From positions 1-62,499 of IMG/VR virus record IMGVR_UViG_3300042504_001487: a stretch of 62,499 bases of DNA. One strand, given 5' to 3'. Source of the stretch: a virus. Its lineage: Duplodnaviria; Caudoviricetes. The position numbers were made by a program, and so were the translations under genes. Below, piece after piece: positions 21,147 through 33,100 of the stretch (the stretch's first letter is position 1; each line of letters opens with the position of its first letter). The notes under the pieces are model-generated. The model searched no databases and was not told the DNA's origin. It was given only the letters and a program-made list of their open reading frames with translations.

Positions 21147-24100
21147 ATGGCTACTAGCACCGTCACTGATTGGGATGAAATCGAAGCAGACCCTGACTTC
21201 TCTTCACTGCCGCAGGAAAGTCGCGTCAGAATGTTTGACGACTGGGAGAGGAATTTTAACAGAACCCTGCTGGAGGACGCAGATCTTGACAAGGTCAAGC
21301 CGGAAGGACTAAACCGTTTTGCCGCTACCAACGCCGTTCGCCGTCGCAAGTTGGCTGGGGAAGACGTGAGTGATCCCGACGCCGCAGCGAAAACGTGGGC
21401 CGAGCAAAAACAGGCGGAAGCCAAGCTCGCGCAGCAATCTCTGAAAGACTACGCCGATGTCGAGGACAAGAAGTTTCGTTTGAACGATGCGCGTAGCATG
21501 CCGGGTGTTGACGAATTTGGTCAAGCATCCCCGGAGTGGGAAGAAGGCGTGTCTAAAGCCTCGCAAAACCTTGAGGCCGCAGAAGCCAAGTTTACGCCCG
21601 AAGTTAGAGAGCAAGCAAAAGCTGCAAACGAAGCTCTCAAAGGCGAGCGCAAGATCGCGACGTTGCAAGGCAACATCTACACCGACCCCGCGTTGGTGCT
21701 CAACAAAGACGAGTTTCGTCAGCAAGTTCTCGACAGTGACGCCTCTCCCGAAGCCAAGGCGTTGAAGCTGGCGTCGTTTCAAAGCGAGAAGAAGCGGTAC
21801 CTGGACGAGGCCGCAAACACTCTCACCAAAGGCGATCCGCAGATCCCGCTTGCAGAGTCCTTCCCCAAGTTTCTTGAATCGAAAGGGTTCAACCTTGACC
21901 GAGAGATGGTGCAGCAGTCCGAAGGAAAACTGGACTACTCCCCTATTCAGAAGCAGCGCGAACTTACGCAGGAGTACCTGACCAAGATGCAGGATCGTGG
22001 GTGGTTCCGCAAGATCGGCAGCGCCATCGCCACAGGTGTTGCAACTGGCATGCTCGACATCGGCACGCAAGCAGTCGGCACGGCGGCTATGCTGACCGGC
22101 GACGAAGAGAAATCGAAGATTGCGGCAGAACTCTCACGCGCAAGCGGCGACATCGGCGCGGCACAAGGACTCGAAGGCGACATGCAGGCCACGGGTGGCA
22201 CGTTCGCCGGAGGTGTCTCACGCCTCGGCACCGGCATGGCTCCCATGTTGCTCCCCGGTGGCGCGGTTGGTGGTATCGCCCGACTGGCAGGCGCTGGCGC
22301 TGGAGCAGCCACCGCCGCAGCCGTAGGCGCGTCCGCGCTTACTGCCGGAGCGCAGACCGCAGGCTCGCAGTTTGGCGAGGTCTATGACCATCTCAGACGG
22401 CAGGGCAGCACGCATGAGCAAGCGTTTGGCGTGTCCCGCAACGCAGCGGTGCTTTCAGGCGCTGTCACCACGGCCCTTACCGCCTTGGGCGGTGCCACAG
22501 GTGTTGAATCCCTGTTGCGGCAAGGCGGCAAAGACTTGGTCAAGAACAGACTCTTGTCCGCGCTCAAAGCCGTGCCGGGTGGAGCGGCTGCCGAAATCGC
22601 TGAAGAACTTCCCGACGAATACATCAGCCAACTGGTTTCCGCTTTTGCGAAAGACCCGAATGTTTCACCAAGCCAAGTCACTGACGAGTTCGCTGCCAAC
22701 GCGCCGGACCTGATGCTGCAAATCGCCGCCCTCGGTGGTGCTGGTGCAGGCGTGGGAAGGTTTAGGGAGACGACCACCGATCCAGCCAAAGCACGGGAAG
22801 CAGAGTTCCCGACTGCGGGTGCGCCTCCTCCGCTGAAGCCGCAAGATTACGAAAACCGAGCAGCGGGTGGACAGCCCATATTCAACGAAGAAGGAGACGT
22901 GATCGGCGTAGCCCCTCCAGGCGCTACTCCCGAAGAAACTGCCGCCTATCGTGAGGAAATCCGTTCCGCCGCCAAAGCCGCCATTCCCGAAGTGGTGGAG
23001 CCTATCGACGGCGTTGACCCTGCGATTACCGAAGAGATGGACGCCCGGCTTGCAGCGGGCAAGGCTTCTGGTTTGGCGGATCAAACTTTGGCCGAATTGG
23101 AGAGGCAGAAAGCTGCGCAGGGAGCGCCTGCCCCCGTTGCCGAAGCACCCACTCCCAAGCGCCCTTTAGCTAATCTCACCGACGAAGAGCTTGAACAGCG
23201 GATTCAAGACTCAAGCCGCTTAGCTAATGAAACCGCTGTGGAGGGGAGTCCAGACGCTGCTTTCTTTACCAACGCCGCTGAGAAGTATCGTGCCGAGAAA
23301 GCCCGAAGGGTCGCGGCTACTACGCAGGCGGCAACACCCGCTCCCGCTGCCGAAACTCTTGGTGTCACATCTCCACCAGCCCCGACGCTGGAAACCCCCG
23401 AAGGCGCGGCACGCAACGCTCCCAAACCAAAAGCAACTCAAACGGCGAGCGGAAAAAAACTGGGAGACAAGATAGTCGATGGCGAGAATGTCGCCATTGT
23501 TAACGAATATGATCAGTCAACGCCTGGAATGCCGACAGAATTGACCGTGCTAGAAGTGGACGGCATTGTGGATGCCAAAAGCAACAAGGTGTTTGCGACT
23601 CGTCGTGACATGACGCCTAATGAGATCACTGTTGCGCAGGAGAAAATTCGTCAGCGCAACGCCCTAGCAAAAGAAATGGGGATGCCACAAGAAGAGATTC
23701 CTCAACCAATCACTCCGCAAGGAGCAGCGCCGACGACCGCTACCGAAGGCCAGCCCATGCCGGGAGGCAGCAGCGAGGCCGAGTGGACGCCAACCGTCAA
23801 CGCTCCTGCCGCTTTCACCGCCAGTAACGGACAGAAGCTCGTAGGCACCGTGCAGTCGATCAAGGACGGTAAAGCCGTCGTGAGCTTCTTGTGGAACGGC
23901 AACGAGAATACCCAGACGGTGCCTGTGTCGCAACTTGCACGTCCTGTTGCCTCGCTCACTGAGCCACCAAAATACCAATACACCCAGGAGCAGAACACGC
24001 GGAAGATGGGGAAACACTTCCCCACCGCTCCCGGCGTTTACACCAACTACAATTTCCGCAAGGCGTTCGCCTCCATGGCAAAAGACACCTCGCTGTCGCG

Positions 24101-27100
24101 CATCTACCGTATGCTCGCCAAGGTGATGTCGAAGATGCCAGTGTTTGCCAACATGGATCTGCACGTTGTCGCCGACGGGGACGTGCGTTACGCAGGGGAA
24201 TACTCGTTCTCCAATGGCAGGTCTGCCATCGCGGTCAACCTTCGACAGGTGGGACGCGGTAAGGTTGACGCCCTGGGCACCATCTTGCACGAGGCTCTCC
24301 ACCACCTCACCCTAGCGAAGGTAAGAGATCCACAGAATGCGTGGGAAAACGAGATCATCGACAAGCTCGACACCATCCGTGGGCGGGTGTTGGAATACGC
24401 CCAGCAAAACGGACTCGGTGAGCGGTTCGACTACGAGCTTGACACCGTTGAAGAGTTCATCTCTGCCGTCTTCACCCGTCCCGATTTCCAGAATTTCCTT
24501 GCTTCGATCCCTGACAGCTTTGCCCCCGGCGTAGCCGTCGGCAAGTTCCGCTCGGTGCTCTCTGAAATCTTCCGCCGCCTCGCCGAATTGGTAACTGGTG
24601 AGATGGTTGCCAAGGGCAGCACGATGGAGCAGGCCATGACGAGCGTGCTCGCACTGTTCGAGACCCCGCACCGCGCCGTTGAAACCGGCAAGCTAGAGGC
24701 ACTCAACGCGGCTCGGAGTGGCACAGGTACCGCGAAGAGCTTGGCCGACGACGCGATGGATGCCGAATACATGGCGGCTGTGGAGTCTGGCGACGTTGCC
24801 AAGCAACAGTCGATGGTGGACGCTGCTTACTCTGACTTTGTGCGAAACACCGTCATGTTAGGGGATAGATTCTACCCAGCCACATTCATCCGATTTGGTA
24901 ATCCGCCCACAAATACGGAAGGCTCACAAGTTGCATCCACTGGATTTGACGGCGGTATTCGTGAAAAAGGAGTGTCGGTCATCGGCGCGTGGCATGATAC
25001 AGTTCGTGACAAATACGTCATCCCCACTGGAAGCGAACAGGCCGTGGCTGGAGTTAGCGACTTGGTTGCTCAGAATCGTCCAGTATTTGTCGTTTCTGGC
25101 TCAGTAGTCAAAGATGTTGGTTCTGATACCGAGCCTCTTATGGAGGCGGGAACGGTAAAAACACAGAAGCAGCTTAACTACTCAGACCTTATCGAAGAGA
25201 ATAATCCCGATTTCACCCTCGATGGTGAGCAGTATGATTCTGGAGAAGAGGGAACCAAAAACGCTTACACTGGCGGTAAGGAAAGATGGTGGAAGTCAAA
25301 AGGAATGCCTTTCCCATCCTTAAAAAACATCACCTACAAAGATGGTAAACCCGTCCCGCTTAGCCAGCGGTTTAACCCGAAGAGCAACAGCACGCTCTAC
25401 AGCTTGGCTGAAGAACCCGAGCGTCAGCTTGAAGGTGCCAACATGGGCCGCGCCATGGAGATGCTGGGTGCCAGCCTCTATGCCAAGAACGTGTCTGGCA
25501 CCATCGGCAAAGAGGTGTTCCAGAATGCCGTCGATGCGGTGATGAAGAACGAGAACGGAAAGGCTCGAACGATTTGGTACGGTCAGCCCGACGCAAATCA
25601 TTTTGTCGTGGCTGACACCGGCACCGGGATGAATCCCGACATCATCGTGGACAAGTTCCTGCGGGCATTCGTTTCCGGTAAAGACGTTGGGGCGGGTGGC
25701 GGTTTTGGCCTTGCCAAACTTGCGTTCCTCGGCTCACCGAGAAAATTCAGGATCATCAGCGTAGGCACAAGCACCGATGGCCGGAAGGTGAAAACCACTT
25801 TGCAGGGCACTGGAAAATCGTTCCTGCACTTCAACGAGCATCCCCCACGCATTCGGTTTCAGCCAGACACCGACATCACCTTGGCACCGGGATTCACCAT
25901 GCGCTTTTCATACGAAGACGCACAAGCGTTGCCGACCGGCACCGCTATGGAGTTTGACATGGACGAACCGTATAACGCTTCTTCAGCTATTTCAGCGGGC
26001 ATGGAGTATGTCGAGGGGGTCCAAAGCAGCGGCATCAAGAAAGGCACCACCGATTTAGGATACGGCAACAAGGCCACAGGTGACGAGCTTCTTCGCGAGA
26101 TGGGTTACTCATCTGCACGAAGCGACGAGTCGATGGCAGCCACGCTGTCCAGCAGCAAACCCTACACCGTCCTCCATTCCTTCTCCACTCCTAGCGCCGA
26201 CGTTGACGTGATTGTGAGAGAGGGGGCAAAGATCAAGAAGACACGGTTCTCCTACGTTCCGGTGCTGAACCGATCCATCTTCCAATTCTCTACCAGCTTC
26301 AATCTAAACAACGAAGTCGCCCTTCCCGAAGGCTTGGTGGTGAACATCAAACCCAAAGTTCGGGCAGGCACTGCTGACTACCCATTCACCACCAACCGGG
26401 AATCCGTCACCGATTCGGTCAAAAGGGAGATCGAAAGGTTCTTCCAAGAAGCCGGAGCGCGGGAGAATGCTAAGCTCAACGCCAAGTATGCGAATGCAAT
26501 AGATTCCGCAGCGCCTATCCCGGGCACTGGAAAAGTGCTGCTCGATACCGCCTCTACACTTCCCCCCGCTCTGCTGGACGATCTGACCAACAGTGCAAGC
26601 GTTCAAAGGGCGCTGGGAGATGTGACGAAAATTCAAGACGCTATCTTGTCGATGTTGGGTCGTAAGTTTGGCCCCAAGTTTCAGCGGGCCAAGTTTGCCG
26701 GTTTGATTACTGGGGCGCGTGCGTACGGCGTCCACTTCGGTAAACCAGGAAGCCTTGAACCGACAGCCATCTACCACGACATCTGGAAAGAGATGGCTAT
26801 GGCTGAGGAAGAGTTCAGCGTCTTGCATGAGAACGACCCGGCAGTTAAAGACCTTGGTGTGGATGACCAGATGCGGTTGATGTACGACACCTTCCTGACC
26901 AAAGTGACGGGAGTGGCTTTCCACGAGGCGTTGCATCAAGACGTCGACAGCGAGGGGGAACCCCTTGCCCGAGAACTCACATTCAAGGCTGGCGACATCG
27001 TCGATGCCGTGGTATCTTTGCTCAACAACACGCACACTCAGGATGAAATCAACACCACCATCAATGACCTTATCGCTCAAAAACGCCGAATCGACACTTA

Positions 27101-30100
27101 CGAAGATTCGCAAGCGGCTAGTGAGTTCGTCACTGCTCAAGGCGGATATGATGGATACGCTATGGCCGAACGCGGACAAGCGCAGGGAAGCAGAGAAGGA
27201 TCTGGCAAAGCTGGCGCACGGGTAGGAACTGCTCCCTTCAGCCCAGCCGACGACGCGATGGACGCTGAATACATGGCGGCGGTCGAAGCTGGCGACGTTG
27301 CCAAGCAGCAGGCGATGGTGGACGCGGCGGCGAAGGCGGCTGGATATGACATCGGACCGGTTTACCATGGGACAGAGCAAAAAGGTTTGACCGAGTTCTA
27401 TGGAGGCTGGTGGTCGGACACAAAGAAGGTCGCGCGGGAGTTCGGATCACAACGATATACGGCTTTCTTGAAAGGCCCGTTGGCTGATGGCGACACTTTG
27501 CGCGACCTCTACAAAAAATTTAGAGGAGACGATATTGATCCTGACTCCGGCGAGCCACTCTATGATTCAGAGATTGCTGACATAGCGATGTCTGGCAGCC
27601 GGTTTGGTGACTATGTGCGGGCCGCAGGCTATCAGGGCATCGAAGTGTGGGATGAGAGCAATGCCGAGACAGGGATGGCTTATGCCGTATTTGACCCCAA
27701 CCAAATCAAATCCGCCGACCCCATCACCCGCGACGAGCAGGGCAACGTCATCCCGTTGAGCCAGCGGTTTAACCCGAAGAGCAACAGCACGCTCTACAGC
27801 CCAGCCGACGACAGCGAACCGTTCTACTCCAAGCTGGCGCAAGTAGTTGAGCAGAAGATGCCGAACCGGGCCGATGCCCAGACGATCAAAGGCATCATCA
27901 ACAACACTCAAACCGGCATCAAAGCTGAGGAGATCAAGTGGAGTGGCATCGTGCCGTGGCTAGAAAGCCAGACCGGACCTATCACCAAGCAGGCCGTGCT
28001 TGACTATCTGGCAGCGGATGGGGCAGTGAGGTTGGAGGAAGTGCGGATGGATGACTCCAACGCGGTTTCCGCAGATGAAGCTCGCCAGTACTTTGGGATT
28101 GCCAAGCGGGAGTGGGACGCCATGACGCCCGAGAGCCGTGCCGACATGATCAAAGACGCCTCCGAGCGCAAAAAGCGTGTTCACACCCGCTATCAGCAGT
28201 ACCAACTCCCAGGCGGCGAGAACTACCGCGAGGTGGTGCTGGCGATGCCGTTGCAGTTCCAAAAAACGACACCTTCAAAACTTACGGATCAATACAACCG
28301 TGGCGTCATCACGCAGGCGGAGTATTTCCAACGTCTCGAATCCCTCGTCGAGCCGAGCGGCGGAAACTACACCTCCAGCCACTTTCGCGACGTGCCGAAC
28401 TACGTCGCGCACATGAGGATGAACGACCGCACGGACGCCGAGGGCAAGCCGGGGGCGTTCATTGAGGAGATCCAGAGCGACCGCCATCAGGCGGGGCGTG
28501 AGAAGGGGTATAAAATCAACACTCGGTCCCCAAACACAATCATCAAAGATACCGATAAAGTCCTTGGTGAACTTCGCTCACGAACTGGTGAGTATATTCC
28601 GACTGACGAGCACTGGGCAACCCATCCTGATTTGTCTGCCAAATGGGATGCTTTAACCTCAGAGCTTGAGCAGGCCAGACAAGATGTAGGTCGAGTTCCA
28701 GACGCCCCGTTCCGCACGACATGGCCGCTCCAGATGTTCAAGCGTGCCCTCGCGGACGCGGTGGCCGCTGGCAAGCAGTGGATTGGCTGGACGACCGGCG
28801 AGACGCAGGCAGAGCGGTATGACCTGAGCAAGCAGATCAAAGAAGTGGCTTATTACTGGGACGGTCCCGGAGATCCCGATGGGCAGTTAGTGGCTGTCAA
28901 TCACCAAGGTCAGGAGGTGATGAACCAGCACAGTCTCAAGCCGGATGCATTGGCAGACTACATCGGCAAAGAGACTGCTGAAAAACTCGTCAATGCCCCA
29001 GACCAGAATGGCATGCGCAAACTTTCCGGCCTAGACCTCAAAGTCGGCGGCGAGGGCATGAAGGGCTTCTACGACAACATCCTGCCCAAGGAGATCGGCA
29101 AGTATGTGAAGCAGTGGAGTGGAAGGGTTGAGCAGACGGAGCTTGTCACTGGCGAGACGAAGGTGGACGATTCTGAATGGAAGCGGCGCAACTACCCCGG
29201 AGTCCCGTGGGACGCGGAGATGCGTGCTGAGTATGAACGGCATCAAAAGCCAATCGTAGAAAAAGCCCCAATCTGGCGAGTGGACATCACGCCCCAGATG
29301 AAAGCAGGCGTACGATCCGGTCAAACTCTGTTCAGCCCAGCCGACGAATCCGATCAACGCGAATCTGATGCAGTGCTTGGCGTGATGATGGAGGATGACA
29401 GGTTTGAGGAAGGCGTGAAGATGTACGACAAGGCCAAGCGCAGACAGCTTGGATCACCACCGCAGCCTTCCGCCAACACCAGCACACCGCCAAGGTTCAC
29501 CAACTCTGCTCAGTTCGCAGCAGCCTTTGAAGCGGCGTATCTGCGCGGCGACTTCGACTACTTCTTGGAGGCTCTCAAGCAGGCCGACCGCCACATCTAT
29601 GTGCCGGAGATGAAGAGGTACATCAACGCTTCCAAGCTCGGCGACAAGGACGCCGCAGAACGTCTTGAGTGGTTCCGTCACGCCATCGCTGGCACCATCC
29701 CGGCCAACGTCAAACCGCAGACCAAGACTCCGCCACCACCCCAGCCTTCTTCTGCTGGTGCTCCTCCGGTCGGGATGCCTCCTCCCCCTCCAGCCGCGAC
29801 ACCTCCGCCAAAAGCAGGCGTGTCCAATCGCCCGATGCTGACGTTGAACACGGCGGCAATGGGGATGATCGCCAAGATGCTTGGCGCAAACGTCCGCATC
29901 AACACGCTGCTACGCCGAGCACGGGGCAGAATCAAAATCAGCATGGCTGATGGCTCGAAGATCGAACTGAGCAAGCAACTTTTCAAAGACCCGGTGCAAG
30001 CGGCAAAAACCCTGGCGCATGAGATCGGGCACCTGTTCGACTTCCTGCCCGCCTCGGGATTTGGTAAAAAACTGGCGGGCAGGATAGCCCCTCTCGGGAA

Positions 30101-33100
30101 CTTCCGGAAAGTCTTTGGCGACGACCTTGCCGACTGGTCCATGGACGGCGGTAAGAAGATGAAGCTGAGCAAAATAAATCAGCTAATCATCGACGAGTTA
30201 GTGGGGCTGTCCAAGAAGTGGCGCGGTGACTTCACATACCAACCTGGAACCTACCGCAGCCTTGGCTCGGAGTTGTACGCCGACTTCATCTCTGCCATTC
30301 TCAACGACCCGATGTGGACTGCCAAGAACGCCCCGTATGCCACGCTGGGGTTCTTGAACGCACTGGAGCAGAAGCCCGAGGTCGATCAGGCGTATCAACT
30401 GGTGATAAGTCTTGTCCAAGGCGGATCGCTGTACAAAGCGTTGGCAGAAGCCAACCGGGGCAAATCGACGACGGCTTTGGAAAGACTGATTGCCAAATCT
30501 TCCGCGCTCATGCGAACAAAGAAAGTTCTCAAGGATGCTGCTCGCGGTCTGTATCGCTCGATGTTCGGCAGTTGGCTGCCTACTGCTATCCGTGATGGCG
30601 GTATCTGGAAGTCTTACTGGAAAAGGCTCAAGAATATGGGCACGTCAGGCGATTACAACTGGGCACAAGAAGAGGCTTCGCAGTTTGCTGTGCGCCATAT
30701 CACCCAGTTCGACAACGACATGGCAAAAGCCGTGGGCATTCCTTTGAAGCTGGCAGGTATCGACCCCGAATACCTCCAACGCCTGCAAACCAATAACCGA
30801 ATCATTCACGAACGCCGTCGAGTCGGTAAGCTGATTGAGGAAGATCCAGCGAAAGCGCGACAGCTTTTGAAGTGGATGGTGGACGCAGGATTGCTCGGCA
30901 AAGACGTGCAAGATGAAGTGGACGCCACCCCCGATGACGGACTCTACAAGAAGACAGCCGAGGTAATCTACAAGTTGCACGCCAGCGGCGATGGTTTTGA
31001 GCGGGCTTTGAAAGCCGCAAGGCGCAAAGGCGCTCCCGCCGATGCCGAAAAGGCGCTATACGCCTTCGACGTGTCAGGGTTCATGCTCAACCCCAACGTC
31101 TTCACCATGGAGAGCGCCGAGGCCGACAACGCTGACATCGAGAAAACCCTTGGCCCGGATCAATTTGGCGAGTTGGAGCGTATCAACGAAGGCTACCACG
31201 ACCTCATCAAACGCACCATGGTCCAAGCGTATAAGATGGGGCTGTTCCGCCAGAGCACCTGGGACGACGTGATCGTGCCGAACTTCGGAGTGTATGTGCC
31301 GTTCATGCCGATCAAATACTTCACCGGTTATGTGAAGGGTGGCGTAGGCCCGGCCCGTGTCGGAACTGCCAATGACTTGATGGCACCGCATGTGGTCGGC
31401 ATCAGAAAAATGCACGCGCTCATCAACCGCATGCAGCGACAGAAGCAGGCACTTCTTCTGATTGATGTTTTCAACAACATGGGACTCCACAACGAGTTGG
31501 AACCGGTAGAGGATGAAAACTTCGACCGTCAGAAAGCTGAGGAACTCGTCAAGCAGTCGAAAAACACCATTTCGTATGTGTCCTATTGGGATCGGGGCGA
31601 GTATAAATGGGTTAAAGTCAATGGTACGGATGCAGTGCCGCTGGTGATGAACTCAGACCCAGATGACCTCGCCGCCGTTTACCAGTTGCTGAAAGCCAAT
31701 ACGAGATTGTGGCGGATGAATTTCACCATCTTCTCCATCGCATTCAACGTCGCCAACACTTTGCGCAACATCGCGACCCCTTCCGTGGATGTCGGACCCA
31801 AGGCTGGGTACAAAGCGGCCAAAGAACTCCTCTCCATCTTCCCGCAGATGGGCAAGTGGGTGTGGGCTAAAATGGCTGGCAGAGATATGACATCTATCGT
31901 TGCCGCGTCCATTTCGATAGAACACGCAATGCACAAACCGGGCATGCCCGTGTCGAAAGAACTCCAAGAGTTCTATGACCGTGGCATTCTACAACCCTCA
32001 CCTGACGTGGCGTCTTTGCGTATGACGCAAGAGGAACTCGCACGAAGCGTGATGGGAGCCTTGTCCTCGCCAGAGCTTTTGCTCCATGGGGGGCACAAAG
32101 CGGCCAAGGACTTGAACTGGTTTGACAAAACTTTGAAGCAGTATTTTTACTCGGCGGTGGACGCGCTGAGCTTCCTCGGGTCGGTGTCTGAGGCAGCACC
32201 TAAAATCGCCGCGTATCGGGCGTTGAAAGAAAAAATGGTTCCTGAAAAGATCACAGCAACCAGAGCAAACGGGAAGACTACCGTTACTGGACTCAACCCC
32301 GACGGGACGAGAAAAATGGTGCCCGCGTTCACCGATGCGCAGGCGACATACCTCGCCACGCTCGAAGGCATTCCTCGGCCTGGGGTTGGCGGTTCCGACA
32401 ATGCGTTGTGGGAAATGGTGCTGCTGTTCTTCCGCATTATGGGGCAGTCGTGGCGCAAACACCTCATCATGGCAACGGCTCCCCAGACTCGCGCTGGGTT
32501 CCTCATGAGGCACATGTTGTTCCAGGGTGCGAAGTTCGGCCTGCAAGCCATGGCGGCTAACGGGGTGATTGATTACCTCATCGCTCTTGGAGCAGCGGCA
32601 GCAGCAGGCGGAGATGACGACGACATCGAGAAATACAAACAGGTGGACTGGGCAGAGGCTGTGAGCAGACAATCTGACCACAAACTTAGTCGCGGCGGCG
32701 TTGGCCCCTTGATCTGTTGGGTGCTCCCTGACGGCAGCATTGAGCCGCCCTACGGCCACAAGTCCATCCCAGCAGACTGGGTGCCGATCATGCCCCGCTT
32801 GCCTGGAACCGAGTTTAGCCGTGAACTCGACCCCATGTCCTACTACGCCACGTCGAAGACCATAGCTCCGACGATTGCGCCAGTGAACGACGACGTGTTC
32901 TGGAATGACTACATGCGCGGTCTGGTCAGTCTCAACCCTGCGTTTGATGTCGTCTCCGACGCAATGAGCATTGTGGGACCAACACCGCCACGGGACAGCT
33001 ACCGTGGACGTGAGAAGGTTGAGCAGCGCGTCTGGGACGAAGGCTACATCGCCCGTATGCTGGGCCTTGGGGAACACCACCTCAGATCGTTTGGGATCGG

